The notes beneath the pieces were generated by a model. That model worked only from the letters and a program-made list of their open reading frames with translations. It had not been told where the DNA came from and did not search any database. Source: Myxococcota bacterium (GTDB taxonomy: Bacteria > Myxococcota_A > UBA796 > SXON01). Taken from it: a DNA stretch of 64,000 nt. Position numbers and translations under genes: made by a program. The DNA lies in the NCBI GenBank assembly GCA_040386535.1, contig JAZKFH010000042.1:195935-259934 (forward strand), given 5' to 3'. The number at the start of each line of letters is the position of its first letter. Within the stretch, counting starts at the first letter, position 1. Shown piece by piece: positions 37,192-50,554 of this stretch.

Positions 37192-38703
37192 ATGCGACTG
37201 CTCCCCGTGTCCCTGCTCCTGGCGTGCGTCGACCCCAAGGGAGAGGACCTCCCCGCGCCGCTCCTGGTGCCCGCGCCCGGCTGGATGGAGCACGGCGAGG
37301 GTTCCTACACGCTCGATGGCGACACGATCATCAGCGTATCGGCCGACGGCGCCGCCGCGGCGGACCAGCTCGCCGAGGCCCTCCGCCCGGCGACCGGCCT
37401 CGCCTTGGAGGTGGTGGTTGGCGGCGACGGCGGCATCGCTCTCGAGCTCGACCCCTCCCTCGATCTGCCGCCCGAGGCCTACACGCTCGACGTGTTCTCC
37501 GACGGCGTCACCATCGCCGCCTCCGACCTCGCCGGCCTCTTCTACGGCACGCAGACCTTCCGCCAGCTCCTGCCCGCCGAGGCCGCGTCCTCCAGTCGCC
37601 AGGCCGATCCGCTCTGGCGCGTGCCGGTCGTGTCCATCGAGGACGAGCCCCGCTTCCCCTGGCGCGGCGCGATGATCGACGTGGCGCGCCACTTCTTCGG
37701 GCCCGAGGAGCTGGAGCGACAGATCGATCTGTTGGCGTTGCACAAGTTCAACCGCCTGCACCTGCACCTCACCGACGACCAGGGCTGGCGCATCGAGATC
37801 CGCTCCTGGCCGCTCCTCGCGGAGGTGGGCGGCAGCACCGAGGTGGGCGGCGGCCCGGGCGGCTACTACACGCAGGACGAGTACGTCGCGCTCGTGGAGT
37901 ACGCGGCCGAGCGCCACGTCACCGTGGTCCCCGAGATCGATTTTCCCGGGCACGCCCACGCGGCCCTCGCCTCCTACGGCGAGCTCAACGAGAGCGGCGA
38001 GCCCCTCGACCCGTACACCGGCGCGCCCGTGATCTCGACGCCCCTCTGGCTCGAGGGCCCGGCCACCTCGGGCTTTGTCGCCGACGTGCTCGGCGAGGTC
38101 GCGGCGCTCACGCCCGGCGCGTGGCTCCACGTCGGGGGCGACGAGGCCATCGGCGTCTCCTCGGCACAGTACGGCGCGTTCATCGCCGATATGCAGGCGG
38201 TCGTGGAGGCCGAGGGCAAGACGCTGGTGGGCTGGGACGAGATCGGCGTGGTGCCGCTCGCCCCCCCGTTCCTGACCCAGCACTGGCTCGACGAGGACAA
38301 CGCGCGCGACGCCGTGGCGCAGGGCGCCCAGCTCGTCGCCTCTCCCGCCGAGCACGCCTATCTCGACATGGAGCAGTCCACCTCGGCCGACTACGGCCAG
38401 ACCTGGGCGGGCCGCATCGACGTGCAGGACGCCTACGACTGGGAGCCCGTGCCCGTGGGCCTCGATGACGCCGACGTCGTCGGCATCGAGGGCGCCATGT
38501 GGTCGGAGTACATCGACTCCCGCGAGCGCATGGACTTCATGTTGTGGCCCCGCCTCGCGGCCCACGCCGAGGTCGGCTGGGCCGCCGCCGACGCCCGGGA
38601 CTGGGACGACTTCCGCGTGCGCCTCGGGGCCCATGGCGAGCGGTTGGAGGTCCTGGGGGTGGGGTACTACGCGTCGCGACAGGTGGAGTGGGTGGAGCCG
38701 TAG
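37192..38703 (+). CDS. GH20 beta-N-acetylhexosaminidase (lipoprotein)
   Basis: 'DEPRFPWRGAMIDVARHFF', 'HLTDDQGWR', 'PEIDFPGH', 'HVGGDE'. Confidence 0.95.
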   Translation: MRLLPVSLLLACVDPKGEDLPAPLLVPAPGWMEHGEGSYTLDGDTIISVSADGAAAADQLAEALRPATGLALEVVVGGDGGIALELDPSLDLPPEAYTLDVFSDGVTIAASDLAGLFYGTQTFRQLLPAEAASSSRQADPLWRVPVVSIEDEPRFPWRGAMIDVARHFFGPEELERQIDLLALHKFNRLHLHLTDDQGWRIEIRSWPLLAEVGGSTEVGGGPGGYYTQDEYVALVEYAAERHVTVVPEIDFPGHAHAALASYGELNESGEPLDPYTGAPVISTPLWLEGPATSGFVADVLGEVAALTPGAWLHVGGDEAIGVSSAQYGAFIADMQAVVEAEGKTLVGWDEIGVVPLAPPFLTQHWLDEDNARDAVAQGAQLVASPAEHAYLDMEQSTSADYGQTWAGRIDVQDAYDWEPVPVGLDDADVVGIEGAMWSEYIDSRERMDFMLWPRLAAHAEVGWAAADARDWDDFRVRLGAHGERLEVLGVGYYASRQVEWVEP

Positions 38704-38712
38704 GAAGACCGC

Positions 38713-39207
38713 TCAGAACCCCACCCCCACCGTCACCCGCCCATCCATGAAAAACGCAACCCCCCCGTCGGCCTGGGCCCCGATCCACAGGCCGCCGCCC
38801 GCGAGGATCTGCGCGTCCAGCGCGAAGTGGGGCGCGAGCCACCACGACACCTCGGCCGCCACGTCGAGCTCGGCGCCGTGTTTGTCGAAGTCGCCTGCCC
38901 ACGGCGTCTGGTCGAGGTAGCGCCAGCCGCCCAGGCCGAGGCCCTCGACCAGCCACCCGCGGCCGTCCTCGCCGCGCCCGTCGTAGAGCGGCAGCGCCGC
39001 GCCCGCCCGCGCGAACACCGTGGTGTAGATGATGCCGGTGGCGCCGCCCACCTCGAGCTCGAAGGGGCGCAGGGCGGTGAGGGACACGCTGCCGCCGAGC
39101 AGATCGGGGACACCGACGCCGAGGCGCACCGTAGCGACGCGGTCGTCGGCGAAGGCGGCCGTGGGGAGCCCCAGCAGCATCCCGATCACGAGAACGGACC
39201 GACGCAT
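38713..39207 (-). CDS. Small outer-membrane beta-barrel-like protein (paralog of 11235-11747)
   Basis: Signal ending AFA, shared 'SVSLTA.RP.ELE.G...RAG.ALPL.D.R', and terminal Phe. Confidence 0.7.
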   Translation of the reverse strand: MRRSVLVIGMLLGLPTAAFADDRVATVRLGVGVPDLLGGSVSLTALRPFELEVGGATGIIYTTVFARAGAALPLYDGRGEDGRGWLVEGLGLGGWRYLDQTPWAGDFDKHGAELDVAAEVSWWLAPHFALDAQILAGGGLWIGAQADGGVAFFMDGRVTVGVGF

Positions 39208-39312
39208 CGTCACCTCCGGAGATCGCGCTTTACCCGCGCCGTACGCCTCCGCACGTCCGCATGGGCAAGAAGGGTCGCGCGTCGGCGCCGGAGGGACTAA
39301 ATGGGCCGCCCC

Positions 39313-41622
<2,310 letters not shown>

Positions 41623-41661
41623 GCGCGGGACCCAGGCCGCTTCCTCTCCGTCTTCACCGGA

Positions 41662-41790
41662 CCGGAGAATCAGGAAAGCAGGAACGAAAGAAGGCAGGAA
41701 GGGGAATGGGCAACCTGAGTCAGGTTCGCCTTCCTTCCTTCCTCCCTGCTGCCTTACTTCCTGCCTGCCTGCCTTCCTCCCTGCCTCCCC
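41662..41790. repeat. Dispersed repeat copy C: purine arm + pyrimidine arm between convergent genes (possible bidirectional terminator)
   Basis: ccggagaatcaggaaagcaggaa is the reverse complement of the A/B core (1 mismatch vs B). It is followed by a ttcctgcc-type tract. Confidence 0.75.
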
Positions 41791-43148
41791 TACCCCTTCG
41801 GGTTCAGCTCCCCGAACCGCTCGATCAGCCGCCGTGACTCCTCGTCGAGCACCTTCGGCACGACGATGCGCACCTCGGCCACCAGATCGGTCGGCGAGCC
41901 GTCGGGGGCCGCTGGGCCGCGCCCGCGCAGGCGCATCCGCGTGCCGGAGCTCGTGCCCGCCGGGATGTTCACGCGCACGGTGCCGCCGGGGGTCTCCACG
42001 GGCACGCGCCCGCCCAGGAGCGCCTCGACGATGCCGACGTCCACGCGGAGCACGCCGTCCGCCGCCGTGTCGTCCCGCGACGGCATCTTCATCCGTCCCG
42101 GGTCCCGGCGCGCATCGGGCTCGTCGGCCGCCGGCCGCGCCGTCGCGTCCGCGCCCGCGGTGCGCTCACCGCCCTCCGCCTCCGGATCCCAGGCGCCACC
42201 GCGCTGATCGACCGTCTTCCCGCGGGCGCCGGCCACCCGGAGATCCACCACGAGCTCGCCGTACCGCCCGCCTTCGAGCCCGGCGTCGCCCATGGCCGTG
42301 ACACGCAGGGTGTCGCCGTGGCGCGATCCGGGGGGCACCTTCAGGTCGTGCAGCTCGTCGTAGCGGTAGAGCGTGTGGCCGTCGTCCGCGCGGCGCAGGC
42401 GCGTGTAGGTCACGGTCACCGTGCCGCCGCGGGCCGCCACGTCGGGCGGAACGTCGACCGCGAGCGGGATGTCGCGACCCGGCACGGGGCCCGGCCGGCG
42501 GGCATTGCCCATCCGGCCCGTGGTCCCGCGGTTGCCGGAGCCGCCGCTGGAGGTGGGCTCGGGCCCGTCGCCGCCGAAGCCGAACCCGGCCGTCACGCTC
42601 GGCCCCCGCGTGGGCCCACGCCCGTCGGTGTTCCGCACGGAGGCCCCGCCCTCGGTGAAGCGGCCCGCCTCGGGCGCGGGCCCCGCCCGCACTCGCCCGC
42701 CACGCTGGTTCGTGCCGCCCTGCCCGGACTGACTGCCCTGGGCCGGGCCGGGCTGCCCGCGGGTCGTCCCGGTGAACCCGAAGTCGCCGACCCCAAAATC
42801 GTTGAAGATGTCTTCGAGATCGAGATCGTTCGCGGCGCGTCCGCCGGTCTGCGGCGGGGGCGGCGCACCCGCGTTCACGGTGCCCCGGTTCCACATGTTC
42901 CCGTAAAAAGGGCTCGCGCGGCGCTCCCCCCGGCGGTCGTACCGGGCGCGCTCCGCGGGGTCGGAGAGGAGCTCGTACGCCTCCCGGACCTTCACGAATT
43001 TCTCCGCCATCTTCGGGTCGTTTCCCGCGACGTCAGGGTGACATTCGCGCGCGAGCACGCGGAAGGCCTTCTTGATGTCCTGCGCGGATGCGTCCTTGGC
43101 AACGCCGAGAACGTCGTAGAGGTCTGGACTCGACCCCGTCTTTGCCAT
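41790..43148 (-). CDS. DnaJ/CbpA-class chaperone (J-domain + DnaJ_C, no zinc finger)
   Basis: 'DLYDVLGV...ECHPD...EAYELLSDP..R..YD' and C-terminal 'EALLGG...IPAGTSSG..MRLRGRG'. Confidence 0.9.
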   Translation of the reverse strand: MAKTGSSPDLYDVLGVAKDASAQDIKKAFRVLARECHPDVAGNDPKMAEKFVKVREAYELLSDPAERARYDRRGERRASPFYGNMWNRGTVNAGAPPPPQTGGRAANDLDLEDIFNDFGVGDFGFTGTTRGQPGPAQGSQSGQGGTNQRGGRVRAGPAPEAGRFTEGGASVRNTDGRGPTRGPSVTAGFGFGGDGPEPTSSGGSGNRGTTGRMGNARRPGPVPGRDIPLAVDVPPDVAARGGTVTVTYTRLRRADDGHTLYRYDELHDLKVPPGSRHGDTLRVTAMGDAGLEGGRYGELVVDLRVAGARGKTVDQRGGAWDPEAEGGERTAGADATARPAADEPDARRDPGRMKMPSRDDTAADGVLRVDVGIVEALLGGRVPVETPGGTVRVNIPAGTSSGTRMRLRGRGPAAPDGSPTDLVAEVRIVVPKVLDEESRRLIERFGELNPKG

Positions 43149-43175
43149 CGGGCTCCCTACGCGGCTGGTGGCGGA

Positions 43176-43205
43176 ATGATAGAGAGTCGGAGTCGGCTAC
43201 AGCAA
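43176..43205 (-). promoter_or_regulatory. Putative sigma70 promoter for the J-domain gene
   Basis: Minus strand TTGCTG-N18-TATCAT about 28 nt upstream of the ATG. Confidence 0.35.
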
Positions 43206-43361
43206 GCCGGACCGGTCGGCCGTGGTTCCGTGCCCGGGTGCTTTCCGCCCGTTGCTTTCGGGAGAGGCCAGCCGGCTTGCGCAAACGGCGCTACATAGAG
43301 TGAATCCAAGCGCCCTTCCTATGTGCGCAGGTGTCGAGCGGCGGGGCCCGCCGAGGAGACC

Positions 43362-44629
<1,268 letters not shown>

Positions 44630-44630
<1 letters not shown>

Positions 44631-45157
44631 TGGAAGCCGGCTTCCTCATCGCCTCGCCCCAGATGCGGGACCCGAACTTCCAACGCACGGTCGTCCTGCT
44701 GGTGCAGCACAACCGTGAGGGAGCGCTCGGTCTCGTCATCAACCGCGAGTCGCCCGTGCGGCTCGGCAACGTGGTCGACCGGCTGATGTCGATCTCGCCC
44801 TCGCGGGCCAACCGCCCCGTGCTCTGGGGCGGCCCGCTCGAGCGTGGCGCCGGCTTCGTTCTGTTCAAGGGCAAGGCTCCCGAAGGCTGGCAGATCCGCG
44901 GCGATCTGTCCGTGAGCGCCTCCAAGGAGCGCCTCTCCGCGCTCGTCGCGAGCAGCGCCGACTTCCACCTCGCGCTCGGCTACGCCAGCTGGGCCGCGGG
45001 GCAGCTCGACAAGGAGTTCGCCGAGGGCAGCTGGCTCCACGTCGACGCCAGCGCCGACCTCATCTTCGACTGTCCCAGCAGCGACCGCTACGATCGCGCG
45101 TTGGCGCGGCTCGGCGTGAGCGCGGACAACCTCTGGATGACGCCGGTCAACGAATAG
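44630..45157 (+). CDS. yqgE: YqgE/AlgH family protein
   Basis: 'FLIASPQMRDPNFQRTVV...GALGLVINR...GGP...GYASWAAGQL..E...W'. Confidence 0.9.
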
Positions 45158-45218
45158 AGATAGCGCGAGGCGGCTCGCCTTGGCCCGGAAGCGCCGGACG
45201 CGGTAGGGTCCCGGGGCC

Positions 45219-46691
45219 ATGCGTTCGCTCCACTTCCAGCGGCTCCTCGGTTCGGGGGCCTTCGGGTCGGTCTACCTCGCGGACCTCGTGGGGCAGCGCG
45301 GCTTCCGTAGGCAGGTGGCCGTAAAGGTGCTGCTCAAGGACAACGCGCATGGCGACATGTTCATGTCCCGCGTGCGTGACGAGGCGCGGCTGCTCGGCCT
45401 CCTGGCGGATGACCACATCCTCAAGGTCCTCGAGCTCGCCAAGATCGAGGGGCGGGACGCCGTGCTCATGGAGTACGTCGAGGGGGTGGATCTCGCCGCC
45501 ACGGTCGACGGGGGCTTCCGCCCGCCGCCGCGCGCGCTCGCCGAGCTGGGCGCCGCCGTGGCCGGGGCGCTCCACCGCGCGCACCGCGCCGTCCACCCGA
45601 GCTCGGGTGAGCCGCTCAACGTCATCCACCGCGACGTGAAGCCCGCCAACGTGATGGTCACCTCGCGCGGCAGCGTGAAGCTGCTCGACTTCGGCGTCGC
45701 CCGCGCCCGCTTCGAGTCGCGCGAGAGCTACACCGGCCAGTTCGTGCTCGGCACGCTCAACTACATGGCGCCCGAGTACATCGTCACCGGTGAGGTGAGC
45801 CCCGCGGCCGACATCTACGGCCTCGCGCTCACGTTGTGGGAGTCGGCCTGCGGCGACGTGTTCGGGCAGCCGAAGCTGCGCCAGGATCTGCACGTGGCGC
45901 GGGTGGAAGAGAGGCTAGAGGTCATCAGCGGCACCCACGCCGAGCTCGTGCCGATCCTCCGCCAGATGCTGGCGTGGGATCCGCGCGCGCGTCCCGACGG
46001 TGCGGCCGTCGAGCGCGCGTTCATCGCCGCGATGGACATGTTGCGCGGCACGGGGCTGCGGAGCTGGGCGGGCGAGGCTGTCCCCAAGGTGATCGCGAAG
46101 GAGCAGGGCGCCGCGCGTGACGAGGTGGGGCTGCTCGGGCGGACCATCCCCCTCGGCATGGACGACGCGGTGGCGATCGGCGGCGACATCTCCGCCGTCG
46201 GCCCCTCTCCCGCGGTCGGCCCCTCTCCGGGCACCGCCGCCCCGCAGGCCCAGCCCCAAACCCAGCCGCGGGTCCAGCCCTTGCCCCGCGGGGACGACGA
46301 GATGACGCTGGGCGTGCCCCCGCCGTGGATGGGCGCGAACGCCACGGCGAGCCCCAACCGCACCGGCGCGCCGCCGGCCACACCCGCCGCCGCCGGCGCC
46401 CCGCCGCTCGGCACGAGCACCAGCGGCGGTCGCGCCGCCTCCCCGAACGCGGCTCCGCCCCCAGGCACCACCACGTCCGCCCGGAGCGCCCCCGCCCTCC
46501 CCGCCGCCGCCCCTCGCCCGGCCGCGCCCCCCCCGGCGGCCCAGCCCGCCCCCCGGCGCCCGGCACAGCGCGCGCCCAAGGGCCGCCCGGGGAACATCCT
46601 CCTGCTCCAGGGGTTGCTCCTCGGCGGCGGCATCGGGTTGCTCATGCTCCTCGTCGTCGGCGCGCTGCTCCTGCTGCGAGGTTTGACGTGA
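45219..46691 (+). CDS. Ser/Thr protein kinase with Pro/Ala-rich tail and C-terminal TM helix
   Basis: 'LGSGAFGSVY', 'HRDVKPAN', 'DFG', 'YMAPE'. Confidence 0.92.
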   Translation: MRSLHFQRLLGSGAFGSVYLADLVGQRGFRRQVAVKVLLKDNAHGDMFMSRVRDEARLLGLLADDHILKVLELAKIEGRDAVLMEYVEGVDLAATVDGGFRPPPRALAELGAAVAGALHRAHRAVHPSSGEPLNVIHRDVKPANVMVTSRGSVKLLDFGVARARFESRESYTGQFVLGTLNYMAPEYIVTGEVSPAADIYGLALTLWESACGDVFGQPKLRQDLHVARVEERLEVISGTHAELVPILRQMLAWDPRARPDGAAVERAFIAAMDMLRGTGLRSWAGEAVPKVIAKEQGAARDEVGLLGRTIPLGMDDAVAIGGDISAVGPSPAVGPSPGTAAPQAQPQTQPRVQPLPRGDDEMTLGVPPPWMGANATASPNRTGAPPATPAAAGAPPLGTSTSGGRAASPNAAPPPGTTTSARSAPALPAAAPRPAAPPPAAQPAPRRPAQRAPKGRPGNILLLQGLLLGGGIGLLMLLVVGALLLLRGLT

Positions 46692-47974
46692 AGCTCGTCC
46701 GTGTGGCCGTCGCGGTGGCGGTCCTCGGGCTGGGTGGGGTCGCGGTGGCGGCCCTCCCCACGCCCAAGGCAATCGTCCAGCCCGCGGCCGCCGTGGCACG
46801 CGAGCTCGTGGCCCCCGCGCCGCGCTACCGCACCGTCACCCACACCATCGCCGAGGGGGACACCGCGGGCTCCGTGCTCCGCGCGATGGGCGGCCCCACC
46901 GAGGAGCTGCTCGCCGCCGCGGGGTCGGCGCTCAACCGCCTCTCCATCGGCGACCGCATCCACCTCGACTTCGAGGACGGCGCCCCCGCCTCCGACGCCG
47001 CCGGAGGGGCCTCCACGCTGGAGGGCCGGCCCTGGCGCCTGCGCCTCGACCGCGACGACCCCGAGATCGTCGAGCTCTCCTGGAACGGAAAGAAGTACGT
47101 CTCCAGCGCCCGCCCCATCCCGTTCACCATCGAGTCCGGCGCGCGCACGCTCACGATCAACTCGAGCCTGTGGGAGGCCGCGGCCGACGCGGGCCTGCGC
47201 CCCCCGCAGATCGTGGAGCTCGCGGAGATCTTCGAGTACGACATCGACTTCAACACCGAGCTCGTCAAGGGCGCCACCATCCGCGCCGTGGGCGACACGT
47301 TGACGGACGACCTCGGCAACAAGCGCTTCGGCGGCATCCGCGCCGCGGTGCTGGTGAACGGCAAGAAGACGTGGACCGCGGTTCGCTTCGTGATGAAGGA
47401 CGGCTCGGTCGGCTGGTTCGCCCCCGACGGGACCGGGCGCCGCCGCCCCTTCCTCCGCTCTCCCCTCGCCTTCTCCCGCGTCACGTCGAGCTTCAACCTC
47501 GCGCGGTACCACCCCGTCCTCAAGCGCGCGCGGCCCCACCTCGGGGTCGACTTCGGCGCGCCCACGGGCACGCCGGTGCGCGCGGTGGCGGACGGCGTGG
47601 TCAAGATCGCCGGTCGGCACGGCGGGCACGGCAACTTCATCGAGCTCGACCACGAGGGCCCGTACGCCACGAGCTACTCGCACCTCTCGTCGATCCTGGT
47701 CAAGAAGGGCCAGACCGTCAACCAGGGCGATCTGATCGGCAAGGTGGGCTCGACCGGCATGTCCACGGGGCCCCACCTCCACTACCAGTTCTTCGTGAAC
47801 GGGCAGTACAAGAACCCGATGACGGTCGATCTCCCGATGACCGGATCCCTCCCAGACGCCGAGCGGGACGCGTTCTTCGCCGTGCGCGACGAGGTGATGC
47901 CGCTGCTCACCGCGCCCTCCGAGGGCGCCACCGTCGCGGCCTCCGAGGGCGACGCCGTCCCCGTCTCCGAATGA
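46688..47974 (+). CDS. M23 family peptidoglycan DD-endopeptidase (MepM/OapA-like)
   Basis: 'HLGVDFGAP.GTP' and 'STGPHLHY'; GTGA overlap with the kinase stop. Confidence 0.92.
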   Translation: MKLVRVAVAVAVLGLGGVAVAALPTPKAIVQPAAAVARELVAPAPRYRTVTHTIAEGDTAGSVLRAMGGPTEELLAAAGSALNRLSIGDRIHLDFEDGAPASDAAGGASTLEGRPWRLRLDRDDPEIVELSWNGKKYVSSARPIPFTIESGARTLTINSSLWEAAADAGLRPPQIVELAEIFEYDIDFNTELVKGATIRAVGDTLTDDLGNKRFGGIRAAVLVNGKKTWTAVRFVMKDGSVGWFAPDGTGRRRPFLRSPLAFSRVTSSFNLARYHPVLKRARPHLGVDFGAPTGTPVRAVADGVVKIAGRHGGHGNFIELDHEGPYATSYSHLSSILVKKGQTVNQGDLIGKVGSTGMSTGPHLHYQFFVNGQYKNPMTVDLPMTGSLPDAERDAFFAVRDEVMPLLTAPSEGATVAASEGDAVPVSE

Positions 47975-47990
47975 TCCGCCCGGCGCCGCG

Positions 47991-49817
47991 GTGATCGCGC
48001 TGCTCGTCGGGGCCGCGCTCGCCGAGGAGCCGCGGGTCGAGATGTGGGTCGAGCTCCACACGCCCGCCGACCACGCCGCCGCCGCCGCCGCGGGGCTCAC
48101 CTGGGCCGAGGGCCAGGACGGAGACGCGTACCGCCTCCTCGGCACCCCGGCGCGCGCCGAGGCCGCGGGCCTCACGTGGTACCCCATCGCCCGCGCGGTG
48201 GACGACGCCTGGCGCCCCACCCCCGAGGTCGTGGCCGAGCGGCTCGGGGCGCTCGTCGGGACCGACGCGACGCTCGTGCAGCTCGGCGAGGCCCTGTCCG
48301 GCGAGCCGATCCTCGCCTTGCGCATCGGCAAGGGCAGCCGCGCGTTGCGGCTCCTGGGCGGCCACCACGGCAACGAGGGGTCGAGCGTGGAGGTGGCGCT
48401 GGCCGTGGCCGAGGCCTTTGTCGGCGGCGTGGCGGCGCTCCCGCCGGACACCGAGCTCTGGGTCGTGCCCGCGGTGAACCCCGACGGCCTCCTCGCGAAC
48501 ACCCGCGCGAACGCGGCCGGCATCGACCTGAACCGCAACTACGCGTGGGAGTGGAGCGACGCCGACGCCCTGAACGGCACCGCCCCCTTCTCCGAGCCCG
48601 AGACCCGCGCGATCCGCGCCCTGGCCCGCGCGCGGAGCTTCGACGCCGGCCTGTCGCTGCACAGCGGCGCGCAGAACCTCGGCTGGGTCTGGAACTGGAC
48701 CGCGGACGAGCGCCCAGCCGAAGAGCCGCTCCTCGTCGCGCTCGCCGAGGACTACGCCGCCGGCTGCACCGCCCCCGGCTTCTGGATCACCAACGGCGCG
48801 GACTGGTACGCGACCCGCGGCGACACGACCGACTGGACCTACGGCGCCTGGGGCGCCTACGACTTCACGCTCGAGCTCACCCTGGAGAAGTCGCCGCCGG
48901 TCGGGCAGGTCGCCAGCTACACGGCCTGGCACCTGGAGCCCATCCTCGCGTGGTTGACCCGGCCCCCCGACCGGAGCGCCCGGGTCGTGGACGACACCAC
49001 CGGCGAGCCCATCCCCGCCCGGGTGACCGGCGCCGACATCCTCCCGCTGGTCTCGGCGGACGGCGCCGTCGCGCGCTGGGCCGAGGGCGACACGCCGTGG
49101 ACCGTGGACGCGCCCGGCTACACCGCCGCCCCCTTCGCCGAGCAGACCCGCCTCGTCCCCCGCGCGCTCCTCGGCGCGCTCCCCTCCCCGCGCCTGCTCT
49201 CGCGCGGCGCCGGGCCCACCGTCGTCACCCTCCCCGGCGCGAGCGGCGGGCCCCTCACCCTCACGCAGCCCGGCGAGCCCTCGGTCGTCGTGCCCGCCGA
49301 CCCCGACGGCGCCTGGACCATCGACGCGGCGGCCCTCGCGCCCGGCGCGTGGACCCTGGTGACGGCGGCCGGCGTCGTGCCCCGCGGCCTGTTCGTCGGC
49401 GAGGTCGACGATCGCGTGTTCATCGATGGCGCCGCCCTCGTGGACGGCGTGCTGACGCTCACCGGCGCGGGCTTCGCGACCGGGGCGGAGGCGTGGTCCT
49501 ACGGCGGGCCGGCGCGGGCGCCGCATCCCCTGGCGCGGCTCTCCGAGTCCGAGGATACGCTGGCCTTCGCGCTCTCCTCCACCGACGACGACGTGCTGGT
49601 GTGGACCAACGGCGCGTGGCTCTCCGTCGTGAGCGTGCAGGACCTCCCGACGGTCGACCCCTCGCCGCCGCCCGAGGTGGCGCCGGACCCGATCGTGCCG
49701 CTGGACGAGACCCTCACCGCGGTCGGTGCGTGCGCCAACGCCCCGGGGCCGGGCGGCGCCTGGGTGCTGCTGGGCGTGCCGCTGGTGGCCCTGCGTCGGC
49801 GCTGGCGCCGCGTCTAA
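47991..49817 (+). CDS. M14 zinc carboxypeptidase with MYXO-CTERM-like tail
   Basis: 'HHGNE', 'NPDG', 'R.NA.GIDLNRN', 'PFSEPET', 'SLHS', and tail 'GAC...WVLLGVPLVALRRR'. Confidence 0.9.
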   Translation: MIALLVGAALAEEPRVEMWVELHTPADHAAAAAAGLTWAEGQDGDAYRLLGTPARAEAAGLTWYPIARAVDDAWRPTPEVVAERLGALVGTDATLVQLGEALSGEPILALRIGKGSRALRLLGGHHGNEGSSVEVALAVAEAFVGGVAALPPDTELWVVPAVNPDGLLANTRANAAGIDLNRNYAWEWSDADALNGTAPFSEPETRAIRALARARSFDAGLSLHSGAQNLGWVWNWTADERPAEEPLLVALAEDYAAGCTAPGFWITNGADWYATRGDTTDWTYGAWGAYDFTLELTLEKSPPVGQVASYTAWHLEPILAWLTRPPDRSARVVDDTTGEPIPARVTGADILPLVSADGAVARWAEGDTPWTVDAPGYTAAPFAEQTRLVPRALLGALPSPRLLSRGAGPTVVTLPGASGGPLTLTQPGEPSVVVPADPDGAWTIDAAALAPGAWTLVTAAGVVPRGLFVGEVDDRVFIDGAALVDGVLTLTGAGFATGAEAWSYGGPARAPHPLARLSESEDTLAFALSSTDDDVLVWTNGAWLSVVSVQDLPTVDPSPPPEVAPDPIVPLDETLTAVGACANAPGPGGAWVLLGVPLVALRRRWRRV

Positions 49818-49832
49818 GGCGACGCGCCGGGA

Positions 49833-50351
49833 CTACAGGAGCCCGTGCCGCTTGCGGACTTCCTTCAGCGCGCGCTGGAGCGCGTCCGGACGGTCGACCG
49901 AGTGCTCGGGGATGTTCTTGATGCGCTCTTCCGCTTCGGCGCGCAGCGCGCGCTCGTCGACGTCGAACGCCTTCATCGTGTCGAGGATCTTCTTGTAGAT
50001 CACCGCGTCGTCCGAGTAGACCTCGTCGACGAACTTGGAGATCATGAAGTTCTCGACGAACTGGCGGGCCAGGAACCGATCCACGTCGTCCCCGACGGGG
50101 TGGCCCCAGCGCTCGGCCACTTCGCTGCGGGACTTGCCGTACTGGTCGTAAGAGATGGCCTTGCGCTCCATCTCCTCGCGCGTGGCCTCGCGCAGATCCT
50201 GGTCACGACGGAGGTACATCTCCATCACGGCGACGAGGTCCTGTGCGGCCTCGGCCTTGTTCTCGGGCGCCAGCTCCAGATCGCCCTCGTTGGAGAGGCG
50301 CTCCAGGACGGCGGTTGCGATGGCGGGGATGCGCGCGCGGTAAAGCTTCAT
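49833..50351 (-). CDS. DUF507 family protein
   Basis: 'MKLYRARI..IA...L...G.L' and a duplicated helical pattern ending '...RKRHGLL'. Confidence 0.75.
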   Translation of the reverse strand: MKLYRARIPAIATAVLERLSNEGDLELAPENKAEAAQDLVAVMEMYLRRDQDLREATREEMERKAISYDQYGKSRSEVAERWGHPVGDDVDRFLARQFVENFMISKFVDEVYSDDAVIYKKILDTMKAFDVDERALRAEAEERIKNIPEHSVDRPDALQRALKEVRKRHGLL

Positions 50352-50554
50352 GAGACCCCTTCGGAGGTGGGAACCCCCGATGGGGAGGCTCCCTTCGCGC
50401 CTTCTGCGCGGCGCCCGCAATACGGGCCTGGAGCCCGCGCGGAGAGCCCCCTTCGGACGGGTCCGACGGAGGAGCGCCGGTATATCAGACGACGGATCCC
50501 GGGTCCAGCGTTCGACGCGACGGATCCGCTACCCGCCGTGCTTCCCCGCGTGGA

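Noticed and set aside
50352..50490. Structured RNA leader/riboswitch upstream of the DUF507 gene
   Set aside because: Several stems can be drawn, but no known motif is recognisable and such pairing is expected by chance at this GC content.
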